A DNA stretch of 64,000 nucleotides from Lytechinus pictus (lineage: Eukaryota). A program made the translations under genes and the position numbers. The notes under the pieces were generated by a model that worked only from the letters and a program-made list of their open reading frames with translations, made no database searches and was not told the DNA's origin. The stretch is from the NCBI RefSeq assembly GCF_037042905.1, contig NC_087251.1:3164001-3228000 (forward strand), given 5' to 3'. Shown in pieces: positions 39,655 through 52,637 of this stretch; the stretch's first letter is position 1; each line of letters opens with the position of its first letter.

Positions 39655-40301
39655 ATTTTATTTTATTTTTATTTATTGATATATTCATATTCCACAATCA
39701 TCTAAGTACATTTCGTAATAAATCATTTTTACAATGAAAAAATGCATAACACATGCAGGATTGAAACGTAGCAATGAAATTAAAAAAAGTGGAGGGGCCT
39801 ACTAAAAAGCAAAGCTTGTAAAATGTAGACCCCCTATCAAAATTTTATACAAGGGTAATATGGTATAAGTAGAGTAAAATAATCAGCAAAATTATATAAA
39901 ATCATATAGATATAAACACTGTCACACAAATGTATATACACTATATACAAAATGAAATATTGACTGTAAAATAATTAATACTACCGTGGATAAGTATGAA
40001 GTTCACAAAATATTTGATTGAATCAATAAGAATTCAGAAGAAATTTTTTGATGAGTAATTTAAATCGGTTCAGATTACTCTGTCCAGAGAATTCCAGAGT
40101 TTTGGTCCTGTGAAAAATACAGTTTTGCTAGAAAATACTGTTCTACTTTTAGGTAAGTGATAGTCATTTGATTGTCTCGTATTATATGAATGTAAAGTAT
40201 TGTTTCTCATAAATTTCTTTTGTAGGACATTAGGTACACTATTTCTATCTAGCTGATACATGAATTGGAATAGTTGCAAGCGGTACAGGTCATTGACTTT
40301 T
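39655..40301 (-). mobile_element. 5'-truncated CR1/L2-group LINE 3' end
   Basis: Encodes KVNDLYRLQLFQFMYQL...HSYNTRQSNDYHLP...FFTGPKLWNSL, a typical CR1/L2-group ORF2 C-terminus, followed by a 3' UTR and an A-rich (aaaat)n tail. Confidence 0.75.
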
Positions 40302-40335
40302 TGGGGGGCTGGTGGTGCTGAAGCAGGCTTAAATT

Positions 40336-42483
40336 CAGGGGCGGATCCAGCTTTTGCCAATGGGGGGGGGGGCGAACAAATTTTAACCCATATTTTCCCC
40401 GATCAGCCACTGAAAGTTTATATTTGTTTGTTTCTTTGAAGGGGTAGTCCGAATAGTCACTTCCAAGCTTTATTCTTTTAAACCGGGCTTATAAATCAAC
40501 ATAAATATATGCTTATCTCATAAGCCTTATCTAAATAGTGCGAGTGCTAAGCGCGAGCTATTTTTTTTAATTTCATGTATTTTTTTCTTAAAATTTAAAC
40601 ATTCTGGGCAATGTTTGTGATCCTAAACGAGATGTGTATCGCAACTAAATAATTATTACTGCGAGCGCGAGCAGAAATTTCTAATATACGTTTTGATCTG
40701 ATAAAAGAAAGGATCTGTTAACGGCTGCTTGCATTTAGCCATGCCCATGAAGACGTTACATATTATTTTTAAACAATCAAATAATGCGAGCGCGAAGCGC
40801 GAGCTTAAAATTTTGACATTTTTACCTGAAGAATGAAAGTTCTAAGCACTTTTTGTAATCTTAAAAGGATAAAGTATATAACTAAACAATTGATGCAAAG
40901 CGCGGGCGGAAAAAAATATCAAGATTTACACCTAAAAATGGGACACTCTATTCATGTTTTGTAAATCATAAAAGGATGAGTAATCTTCCTACATTAATAA
41001 TGCGAGCGCAAAGTGCGAGCAGAAAATCTTTGATAATTACCGTGTTTACATTTAATCGGCTTTTGCATCGGCTTTTTCATAACGTGTAAACGCGATTAAC
41101 TTGCATCGGCTCGCGGTTCAGAACCGGCAATTTGCACCACCAAAGTAGTAGGTTCAGAACCGAGAGCCGATGCAGAGTCCGCTTTTTTACTACGTGTAAA
41201 CAGAAAGCCGATTCTGCATCGGCAATTGGTGTGCATTTCATTTACTTTTCCATTGTGACGCAATTGTAAGCGCACGGATCCAGCGTTGTCTTTATTATGA
41301 CGTATATTGTTGGTGTGCGTATCATTTTTGCTTCGGCTCGCGGTTCTGAACCAACCGCGAGCTGTAACAGCGTGTAAACGCAGTGCAAGATAAACCAAAA
41401 GCCGATTCTGCATCGGCTTTTGGTTCTGAACCAAAAGCTGATCAAGTGTAAACACGGTAATTGTGATCTGAAACTGGATAATGTTTTAAATAGAGAACAA
41501 GCCGCGTATTTGAATAAACATGCGCGCGTGTGTTTTGATTTTGTCCTAGAATCTGGGCATTCTAAATACCCTTTTCTATCATGAAAATCAATAAAGCGAG
41601 CGCGAAGCGCGATCTTATAACATTTGATATTCCGATTTGGAAAGGGTCAATTTAAGCTCCGTATTTCAAACGCTTTGTAGGAAAATTGTGAGGTGGATAT
41701 GGATCACATGCACATGCAGTTAAAACAGAGTTGATATGTTTCATTAATTGAGTTTTGACAGCGGACCGGGACATTCTATGAACCCTATGTCTTCATAATA
41801 AAGTCATCATATTAAAATGATAACTATCTTCCTATTTCTCTTCCTACGCGCGGGATGAAACTTGTCGATATTAGATTCTGAAAAAAAAGACAATTTAATT
41901 ATTAAATTAATGTCTTATTTATTACTCTAATAAGACTAATGAGGATGCGAAATTTGTTTTTATGGCCTGAAAACTGGACATTTAAAGCACTGAATAGGAT
42001 GCATGAGTTAATATATTTTCAACAATCAATGCGAGCGCAAATCAGTCGTGAGCCAACATTTTTGATAAACTGTCATGAAATGGGGATTTTAAGTAGTTTG
42101 TTATATATAGAATTAATATTATATACATCACCAATCAAACGCGAGGCGTGCAGCGCTAGCTCATAAGTTTTGACAATCTGACATAGATATTTTTAGAACT
42201 TTATGGAATAGGCCTACAGGAAAATAATATCTACCTGACAAATCAAATTTTGCGAGCGCGCAGCGAGCAGAAAATGTTCATATTTAGACCATAAAACAGA
42301 AAATTTTACAGAGCACTTTTTAAAAACCAATTTGTAAATCAAACAAAATAATGAAAGTTTGATTTCCGAGCTGAAATATATTTTTTGTATATTGAATTGA
42401 AAATTTGATTTTTATAAGCTTCATATATTGAGCAAGATATGTAAATCACCTAAAGGCGATTTATATAGTGACATGAAAGATTA
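40336..42483 (-). mobile_element. hAT-like element related to 15730-17737, in reverse orientation
   Basis: Starts caggggcggatccagc; reverse complement is colinear with ~15940-17630; periodic gcgagcgcgaagcgcgagc motifs. Confidence 0.75.
41039..41458. mobile_element. Palindromic MITE nested in the hAT-like element
   Basis: TIR accgtgtttaca / tgtaaacacggt flanked by aatt on both sides; internal ggttc(a/t)gaacc and gccgat..tgcatcggc palindromes. Confidence 0.7.
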
Positions 42484-42707
42484 TTTAAATATAATAAAGG
42501 CACAAGAACAATATTGTTAGTCGAGGCATAGACGGATCCAGGGGGGGGGGCGAGGGGCCCATGCAGGCACTCATATTGCCTTGGCAGAGCAAAAAGAAAA
42601 AAAAGGGAAAGAAAGAAAAAAAAGGAAGGAAAGAGAGGAGAAAAAAAGAAGGGGAAACATAAGAGAAGGAAGACGAGTGAATAAAATTAGATGAGGGGAA
42701 GACTTGG

Positions 42708-45700
42708 AAAATAATAGTATTGAAGGTGTCACAGGAGATAATGAAATATGTGAACTATGGAGAAAGCACTATAAGGATCTGCTAAACTGTGTTAGAAGTG
42801 AAAAGTTTTTAGTTAACAATGTTTCTTTTCATGATGATATGATTGTTTCCCCGGAAGAAATTGTAAAAGCCATTACGAAGCTTGATGGCAATAAGTCATG
42901 CGGGTTAGACGGTATAACTGCAAAGCATTTAAAGTATGCTAACTCCAAATTAGGTCCTTTACTTGCTGTATTTTTTTTTTTTTTGAAACGTTTTTATTTA
43001 GTATAACCATCTCATACACATATTACAAAACGAGTTTAATAACCATATAAAATAACAATGTACAGTATGGATAGGTTACATTTTGATAAAAAAAATACAT
43101 ACAAAACAAAAACAACAAAGGGAAAAGAAAAGAAACATAGAGAAGCAATACAGGTCTGTTCGTCTACATTACCCAAAATCTAATAAACTCCATTTTTTTT
43201 TAAATCTATACATAGTAGAGTCCCTATAAGCAATACACTTTTCTGTTTGGTACACTTGTTTTAATTTACTGGTAAACAAGTCAAAACAAGGAAGGATATT
43301 AATATATCTACACAGATATAAAGTTTTCTTTGCTACAATAAGGCAATGATTCAATAACATATCTTGCTTGTTTTTAATTCCGAATAAAATCTCTTCATCC
43401 TTTACTTGGATAATTTGTTTTTTAAATTTAGTATGCCACCATCTTAGAAATTCATTCCAAAAATCTCGAGTATGCGAACATTCTACCAACAGGTGTTCAA
43501 TTGTTTCCTGTTCTTGTTTACAAAAAGAACACATCTCATTATCTACAACTTTCATTTTCTTTAACTTTGCATTTACTAGTAAGCATCTTGTATTTATTTT
43601 ATATTGAAATATTCTTGTTCTTGTATCTGGAATAACTTTAAAAGGCAACTCGTAAATAAAACTCATCTTCACTTATATCATACCTTGATCTCCAATATAT
43701 TTCAGAAGTAGGGGTTTGGTATTTATCTTCTTTTAATATCATATTTATGATCTTGGTTGACAATTTTGATATAAATATTTTTTTATTACCAAAAACTATA
43801 CAAATATCTAACTTTTTTAACAGATGTCGCCTCTCGAAACAACGAGCTTTAACTGTTTGTGGAATAGCAGAAACAATTGAACGCCAAAGAAGATAGTTTT
43901 TAAAGCCAATTTGTTGCCACTTTATAAAAGGGATTAATTGACCATTTTCATCAAATAAATCTTGTATAAACCAAACACCAATATTGAACAATTCCTTCAC
44001 AAAACAACTGACACCTGCTATTTTTATTTGTCTATTATTCCAAATAATACTTTCATGAGAAAATGCATCATGGTTACTCAGATCTCTTAACTCAAAATAG
44101 GCATATAAGACCTCTTTATAAAAAGAGGGTACAAATCTTAGTTTTAAACAATCTTTTTTATCAAAATTACAATAGAGTAAAAAGTGACCACCATATTTTC
44201 TTATAAAATGATTAAAATATATCTTCCATGAAGAAAGTCCTTCATCAAAAAATCTTACTATCCATTTTATTTTGAGTGCCTTAAACATTGAACGAATATC
44301 GATCATATTCAGTCCCCCTTTAGAATAAGGGGCAATCAGTGTTGACTTTTTTATATAGTTCTTTTTTCCATTCCATAAAAAGGCATGTATAATTTTCTCA
44401 AGTTCTTCCACCACATGTTCAGGGACAGACAAAACTGAGGCACAAAATATGAACTTTGACAATGCAAAAGTTTTTAAGATTTGTATCTTTCCTATCAGAG
44501 TAAGATTACGTTTTCGCCAAATATTTAGCAATACCTTTACATCCTTGATACATCTATCAAAATTAAGCTTTAAAGCTAAATCAGTATCATAAGAAAAAAA
44601 TATTCCAAGACCCTTAATTGGGTTTTCTGGCCACTCAATATCAAAATATTTATCTTGAGATTCTCTAAACGAGCCCAACCACATGGCTTTACACTTATCT
44701 CTGTTTGTTTTCAAACCAGAAAAAGAGGAAAATTTATCTATAACTGAAAAAGCTTTCTCTGCAGACTTTTTGTCCGCTAAAATCAATGTCGTGTCATCGG
44801 CATATTGGGCAAGTTTAATCATATTTTCATTTATAAGAATACCTTTAATATCATCCCTTTGCCTTATCTCACATGCGAAAGATTCAATACAAAGTATGAA
44901 CAAATACGGGGACAAGGGGTCTCCCTGTCTAACCCCTCTATTTAAATCAAAATATCCTGATGAATGTCCATTACTACATATGCAGCTACTGATATTTGTA
45001 TAAAAGGACTGAATGTACTTTATAAATTTCTGACTAAATCCAAATTTGCCAAGGGTAGAGAAAATAAAATTCCATTCTAAAGAGTCAAAGGCTTTTTGAT
45101 AATCTAAAAATAAAAGCAAACCTGGGATATCATTTTCTTTTGTGTAGAACATAGTATCTATGATAGTTCGAATCGATTCACCTATGTATCGATCTTTCAT
45201 AAAACCTGTCTGGCATGGATGTATCAATCTAGGTAAAACTTTGCATAGTCTATTAGCAAAGACTTTGGATAAAATTTTAATATCTGCATTAAGTAGTGAG
45301 ATCGGTCTCCATTTACTTGCATTTACTTGCTGTATGCTTTTCTGGTTTTTTAATTCATGGAATACTACCCGATAGTATGCTATCTGTTATTTTGGTCCCT
45401 GTGTTGAAGGACAAAGCGGGCCGAATTGCTAGCAAAGATAACTATAATTGCGTTAGCGAGTGTAATTTCTAAAGTCTTGGAGAAGATAATTCTGTTTAGG
45501 TTAGAAAAATATATTTCAATATGTGATAATCAATTTGGCTTTAGAGCAAAACATGGAACTGATATGTGTATTTTTGTTCTAAAAGAGATCATTGCGAGCT
45601 ATCAAAAGAGAAATTCCTCAGTGTTTTTATGTTTTCTTGATGCCTCCAAAGCATTTGATAGAGTCAATCATGAAAAACTCTTCCAAAAAATGTATGATAG

Positions 45701-46770
45701 GGGTGATACCAAGTTATTTGATCAGGATATTAAAAAATATATTGGTATGGTAACCAAACTATGATGATTAGATGGGGTAGCTGCCTATCCGACTCGTTTA
45801 CTCCCGCCCTGTTAATGGTGTTCGACAAGGAGGTATATTGTCTCCATACCTTTTTAACTTGTACATGGATGACTTATCTGTGAAATTGAATGATTGTAGT
45901 ACTGGCTGTTTAGTTGGCTGTACCAAGATTAATCACTTGATGTATGCTGACGATCTTGTAATTTTTAGTCCGTCAACTGCCGGGCTGCAGAGTTTGTTAA
46001 ATGTTTGCACTCAGTTTGGTATGGAAAATGATGTCAAATTTAATGCGAAAAAAAAGTCATGCTATGTTTGTTACTTGTAAAGATCATAATAGATTAGTGT
46101 TTCCAGATTTCTATCTGTGTGGCACCAAACTTGAAGTTTGTAAGGAGACCCGATATCTTGGTCATTTTTTCACAGAGGACCTATGTGATGATAGAGATAT
46201 TTATAGACAGTGTCGCAAACTTTATGCACAAGGAAACACACTTGTGCAGGAAGTTCCATGTGCTCCCATGGAGTAAAGATTGCATTATTTCGAGCATATT
46301 GTACACCGTTGTATACTGCACATTTATGGTGCAGATATAAAAAGAGCAGTTTAAGGAAAGTTATGGTAGCCTATAACGATGCTATGAGAATGCTTCTTCA
46401 GTACAGTAGGCACTCTAGTGCTAGTAGAATGTTCGCTGACGCTCATGTACCTTCATGTCAACTAATATTAGTCTGTATCTTTGTCTTTTTCGAGACAAGT
46501 TACTCATTTTGCCATATGTAAATATTTCCATTGTACTATTCACTTACTGCTTAACCACTTGTTTTAGGTATTCATTAATCTAGTTATTTATAGTGTGATT
46601 TGTTTTTCTCCTTTTTGACTGTTTATACTTTAATTATTTGTTCTTTGTTTATTCCAGTATTATCTTTGTATGTTTGTCTTGATGTATATTACATGTATGT
46701 TATTTGTTGATATGGACCTCTGCATATGCAGCTGTGACTGGATTAAAGCCTTGAATTGAATTGAATTGAA
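42708..46770 (+). mobile_element. Degenerate 5'-truncated non-LTR retrotransposon (RTE-X-like), split by an L1/Tx1 insertion
   Basis: Pieces ~42708-42970 and 45322-46770 read through as KSCGLDGITAKHLKYANSKLGPLLAV|CFSGFLIHG...QFGFRAKHGT...CFLDASKAFDRVNH...GVRQGGILSPYLFNLYMDDL...HLMYADD; several frameshifts; (TTGAA)4 tail at 46751-46770. Clade assignment is tentative. Confidence 0.85.
42971..45321 (-). mobile_element. 5'-truncated L1/Tx1-clade LINE (RT domain plus C-terminal CCHC), nearly intact reading frame
   Basis: WRPISLLN, QTGF, LDYQKAFDS, GVRQGDPLSPYLF, QYADD, and C-terminal CSFC...ETIEHLLVEC; one frameshift near 43660; AATAAA plus poly(A) (poly-T at 42971-42984 on +); TSD tttacttgctgta at 42958-42970 and 45322-45334. 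Confidence 0.92.
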
Positions 46771-49700
46771 TGCAGTGCCTGCATGGGCCCCTCGCCCCCC
46801 CCCCCCCCCCTGGATCCGTCTATGCCTGGACTAACAATATTGTTCTTATGCCTTTATTATATTTAAACATATGCATGTGGGTAAAAAGCGCTTATCTATT
46901 TCACACTTTTTTTTTTAATTTTTACTTTTTTGCCAATGGGCCAATGCTCAACTTACACCGCCTTTTTTTCTTTTATCTATACGGTATATATAACAACAAA
47001 CCCGCGCGAATATTACGTTTACGCGCGCTTGCACTCGATCCATATCTGATCTATCTCCACGTACGTGCATAGCGCCAACTTAATGTGTTCCGCCATCTTG
47101 CTTGTTGGTTGCCGATAAAATGCGCATTTTCAGATTTTTTAACGCTCAGTTATTATCCATGACTGAAACATTGACCAATCAAAAACTAAGATTCTACAAG
47201 AAATATGAATATTCATATACGAAAGTATAAACATAGATAATTCAGTTTTATGTGAAATTTAAACCCAATACTTCAAAATATGGTTAGTTTTATGTCTCTA
47301 AAATGACCCTTAAAACCAGAATTTTATTAGTAAAAAATAAAGGTTTTCCCAAGTTGCCATGGTAACGCGGTCTGAGATATAAAAGCTTAGCAAACACTTC
47401 ATTTCAGTGATCGAGGATGTATTTGTTTACGGTATACGTCTACATAAATTATAACATTTTTTTCCAGACCATGGATGAACTTTCAAAAAGAGACATTTTA
47501 GGCAAGTTTTTACGATTTCCGGCAATTTTCTGACACAGGCACTTTGAAGAGGTAATTTTTACAGAATTAGAAGAAGACATCATGGATTTTCCTAATTATC
47601 ACGACGGATATGCAACTTACTTGTAAACAAATCAAACAAAGTCTATGATACATTTTCGATAATGCAAAAAGAGACATTCAAGTCTCTGATTGAGAGCCGC
47701 AGATTGAACATTCGCACGGCGCAATGGTAGCGTTTTCGCCGAATTCGTCGGGGCGAAAACTCCAAGAGAGCCGTACCACTCACCAGTCCCGAACGCTGCG
47801 CTGTATGTTTGATGATTTATCTGGTGCCATTTCGTGCTTATAAATTTGTTTTTTCTACAATGCCACTATCTCATTAAAATTGTTTGTCATGATAACATTG
47901 GAAATATTATCGTTTAATGGCCCAAAGGATCGACTGTAATAAAAGATACTTTGAAATATTGTCAGAGAGTGATTAGTTAGGTGATGTTTATGGTCAGAAT
48001 TCAGTCATGGCTTCGGGTGAACTTACGCGAACGCGGTCACTTGCTCACGGGGCGAGTCGGCCTGGCCCTTTGGTGGAAGGCCGTCAGGCAACGTGCAGTG
48101 CAGCTAGAGCAGAGTTGGGGAGTTATAGGTATAAAAATACTTTGAAATAAGTAATCTGCAAATATTTTTGTCTTATCCCTTTGGATTACTTAGATAAGAA
48201 ATTCAAATTCTCAAAGTTTAAATCAAATTTTAGACAGTGACAACAAAGAGTGGTGCTGTATGGGGGGGGGGGGTGGGGTCTTGCATGCCCCCAATTCACG
48301 AACAAGAAAAAAAAGGAAAAGGTAAGAGAATCTTGCGAAATTGTTCAATTGGATTTTTGTAACCAAAAGTCAAAATTATGCTTATGTCGCTTGCTTGCAA
48401 CTATATATTTTATAAATTTTGCCTGATACGCCATATCGTAGTATTTTTACCCTCAATTATTTTCACTTGTTACGCCACTGACATGACTGATATAACATCT
48501 ACTAGTTTATGATAACATTATTTGGTTGCGGGATCAAAGCATCAGCTATATAGCTAAACATTTATACTTTATGCCTGTTCAACTTCCAATACAGGTTTAG
48601 GCCTGTATTTATGAGATGTTAAGATCTATGGGTGCCTTTATTATTTTCATTTTCAATTAAAACAATTATTAATTATGTATTAATTTAGTATTAACCTCGA
48701 TGATACATTTTATTGTATTAAATCGTACAATTTCTGTTGTACTAAGCCCCTTATTAAGCCCTTTTAAAAACATGCTCAGTAGCAGACCCCCCCATATATA
48801 AAGACAATAGAAGTGTATATAGAATTAATTGAACCCCCCCCCCCCTTATTGAGGACAAAATGAAAAAAAAATACTCAAAATAATCGACCGCCCCCCCCCC
48901 CCCCCTTTGACGAGGCAGCTGTCGGTGGCCTGATGTCTTCATTGACTTCTTTTTGCTTGTAAAAATAATATTAAAGAAATAGGGGCTACTCTAATTGTCC
49001 CCTGTGAAAATTGATTTGGATCTGCAAGTGCATGAGGCTGCGCCCCCTCCAACGTCATAGCTACGTACCCCATATCTTTAGGTTCTAGCTCTCATATTTT
49101 TCAGCTCCCTGGTTTTTTGGAAGAAAAAAAAACGAGGCGAAAGAAAAGAGTGAAATAAATGAAATACGATTAATCAAAATTTGAGTTGTTTGAAAGAATT
49201 ATACTTATCAGAGAAACTAAATTAAATTCTACAACCATGAAGAATAACAGCAATCTTGATAAATTCTGTTTTTTTTCTTCAAAATCAGAACCAATCAACC
49301 TTTTTCTGATTATTCTGTCACTTTCCATATTTTGGAGAAAAAAATAAAAGTGTTCATCGACGCCCTGTACTGCATGATGAAACTGTATCCCCACTCGGCC
49401 CTCGTAACCCCCCCCCCCCCCCTCTCTCCATCTCCCCCACCACAATGCCCCTTGCTCATTTCTCTTATCTCACCTTGACCTTAATTAATTAATCTTAACT
49501 ATTTGGCGGTACAGTCAAACGTGACTGGTCGCCATCATAGTTTCATCCCCAACAAACAAGGAACAAACAATAACAATTCTGTTTTTCGACCCAACATCAT
49601 TCCTTTCAATACGCGTAAGGCTATACGTGGGCATGCACAAACAACGTGGGTTAACAAAAACTGACCCGCATTTGGACTAAAATTGTGATTAAAATAAAAA

Positions 49701-50045
49701 TGTTATAAATATGAAAAAAATATGTGTATAATGAAGGATATCTGATAAACGGAAAAACATCAATCGCTAATTCATAAAAATGCTGGAAAAGATTTGACAG
49801 AGGTTTTTAACAACGGTAATCAAGGGGAATTAGTGTATGGGTGAATGGCGTTCGAGCTTTAGCCGAGCGTTAGCCGGAGAGGGCGCGGGCCAAATCTGCC
49901 TGAATCTGGCAATATGGCGGCGTCCATTAAGCTGACGTTAGCCAGCGGCGACTGCACGTACGTGTCTCCCGCGCCGGCCCTGCACAATTCTGGTTGCTGC
50001 TTTCACTTTCTTTAGCTTTTGAGGAAGATAACATCATCTCACATT

Positions 50046-50225
50046 ATGAACAGCCACGAAAATTCGATAAATAACTCGAATTCGACGAGTACAAATTCAA
50101 AGAAGTTGAGACTGGAGCCCGTCAACAAAGTCAACGTGGTATTGGGAGCTCAATGGGGCGACGAAGGGAAAGGAAAGCTGGTCGACTTGCTAGCGACAGA
50201 GGCTGATGTTGTTTGTCGATGTGCG
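50046..50225 (+). CDS. ADSS: Adenylosuccinate synthetase, exon 1 (gene continues beyond window)
   Basis: MNSHEN...[32 protein letters not shown] followed by gtaagt; QWGDEGKGK is the PurA P-loop signature. Upstream GC-rich patch with YY1-like aatatggcggc near 49911. The expected next exon (GGNNAGHT) was not found up to 64000. Confidence 0.92.
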
Positions 50226-50658
50226 GTAAGTTAATAAAATAATAACAACTGAACAAGAAATTAAAATTGGATCTAAATTTTTAGATCTCGAGAATTTAAT
50301 AATATAAATGCTTGTTACTAGACTAAAGCACGACATAGTGTATATTTACGCCAGGCAGGCCTGGGCTTCTTCCATGAAAAAGGAAAAGAAGGGATCTACT
50401 ATAAAAAAGTACTATTTTTTAGTTAGCATGGCCATGGTTAGGATTAGGAACAAAGTCCTTGTGAAAGTTATACCTTATTTAAACTGAAAAAAGGTGAAAG
50501 GAAAAAGGGCATGAAGGGTGCCAAGTTAAAGCGAAATCAGTCTGAGGATTACCTCAAGTGATGTTTGTGATAGACAGCTGGCAGCCGTCTGTTTCGAGGA
50601 GTTTTTTAACATTTTTCATTTTTTGTTTCTCCTCGTACACAGACGGCTCGCTATCGTG

Positions 50659-51287
50659 TACCTCAGGCGATGTTCGTGCAGGCTCCACTTCACTAGTACC
50701 ACTACACTACTCTCCACCTACCCGAACATCGGGACAGTGAACTCGATCGGATATTCCGAGTCACAAAGGTGGGATGGCAATCATGGTTATCGTAAAAAAT
50801 TTAAAAAAAGATATAACGAGGGTTATGAATGACTTAATATCTTACTCTACCCGTATTTCACTCCGTGTCCATCCTCCGGTTATCCTCAAAATTTGTGATT
50901 TTGGGCCAGTATCTTTTTCCTCACACGTATTATTCACGGCCGATTTCAAAACATCGCATGCGATCGGTCGCTGATCGATTGCAATTGCATGCATGCGATG
51001 TTTTGAAATCGGGCGTGAATAATACGTGTGAGGTAAAAGATACTGGCCCAAAATCACCAATTTTGAGGATGGACACGGAGTGAAATACGGGTGTAGAGTA
51101 AGATATTAAGTCATTCATATCCCTCGTTATATTTTTTTTCTTTAATTTTTACGATAACCATAATTGCCATCCCACCTTTGTGACTCGGAATATCCGATCG
51201 AGTTCACTGTCCCGATGTTCAGGTAGGTGGAGCGTAGTGTAGCGGTAGTGAAGTGGAGTGGAGCCTGCGCGAACATCGCCTGAGGTA
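50659..51287. mobile_element. Foldback element, ~630 bp near-perfect palindrome, 9 bp TSD (Mutator-like)
   Basis: Arms begin tacctcaggcgatgttcg and end cgaacatcgcctgaggta, pairing to a centre near 50975; flanks gctatcgtg (50650-50658) / gctatcggg (51288-51296). Confidence 0.85.
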
Positions 51288-51470
51288 GCTATCGGGCAGC
51301 TACCATTAGGGGGTTAACAATGCAAAATCCCCCCGTCGGGGCTCATCAATTTTTGTCTTTATTTCATAATAACATATAAAAAGAACTTGTCCAAAATAAA
51401 GATTAGTATTCCATTTTGGCCTGAAATGCATCAAAAGGGGAAAAAACAGTGACTTACTTCGGCTGTCGCG

Positions 51471-52600
51471 TGTAACAACCAATAATGTCGCAGATTGCGA
51501 CATGCCCAAGAGCGTCCGACGCATAATGTCGTAATTTTTCTAACGCATAACGCAGAGATGCCAACCGTTACGGATTCGCCGTATTTGTTCCGATTTTATT
51601 CCTCCAATTACGGTGTTACGGCAACAATAAAAAGGTTACGGAAAAAACAACTACAATACATGTGTATTGTGTATTGTGTATTGCTTTGCTGTGTATGTGT
51701 ATATATGCGTGTATTGTGTATTGTGCATGTATATGCGTGTATTGTGTATACATGTATCGTGCATGCAGCGTGTGTGTGGCCAACGGTAAACCAACGGGAG
51801 TTTCTCTACTATAATTTATAAACGCGCGCACTGCCTACTACGTTCATTGAGTTATGCTTTTATCAAGGCTTTCTGATTAGAATTATCGATATCCTGGCCA
51901 ATCAATGCGAGCGACAAGTTCCGAACGCACGCACATAGACAAGCACAAATCAGCGGCACGAATTGCGGTATAATAGCGACTGGTAAATACGACTGTAAAG
52001 ATGATGACGTCATCCAAGATGGCAACTTACGATGACCAACGAAGGAATCGAGGATGACTAAGTTTTTATCATCATTTGAAAGGAATTAGCGGTAACTGCG
52101 GTCTAAGGTACGATGTTTCTTAATTTTATATATTTTCTCGTAAGTTTGGATGTAATTATTTTTTCATAATGTGACATTTGATGTACCAAAAACGATCCGA
52201 AAATCGGGTTTCCGCCGAATGTTAGATCTAACGTTACTGCTGCATGCTGATACGGAACTCGGGGAGCTCCGGCCCGAAAAGCGGGCCGGAGCTCCTTGGG
52301 TTACGTACGTATCAGCTAGCCCAGATCTCCCTGGGTTAGCTGATACGTTGTCTTAATGTACGGGCCAACAACTCTTCAGTCTATGTATTGGTGAGTGGAG
52401 CCAACGCGGTTCAGCTGAACAACCAAAATACAGAGACTGAAGCTTTTGGTCTAGCGTTCTATGAGAAACACACAACTAACAGTTTTTCAAACCTAAGTCC
52501 TAATTGACTTCAAAGTCATCAATCACAACAAGGTAAGAAGCCACTTGGTCCTCCCCCCCCCCCTCCCCTAAATTTGAGGTGGGGGCAGACCCCCCCTCCT

Positions 52601-52637
<37 letters not shown>

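Noticed and set aside
42484..46867. An autonomous TIR transposon carrying reverse transcriptase genes
   Set aside because: The inverted arms include flanking DNA beyond the hAT terminus, there is no TSD, and both RTs are ordinary truncated LINEs with their own tails; an inverted duplication explains it better.
48006..48130. Possible first exon ATGGCTTCG...TATAG|gt
   Set aside because: No recognisable homology, weak donor and no downstream exon identified.
50774..51118. Mirror-image ORFs on both strands
   Set aside because: A by-product of the palindromic element, not evidence of coding.
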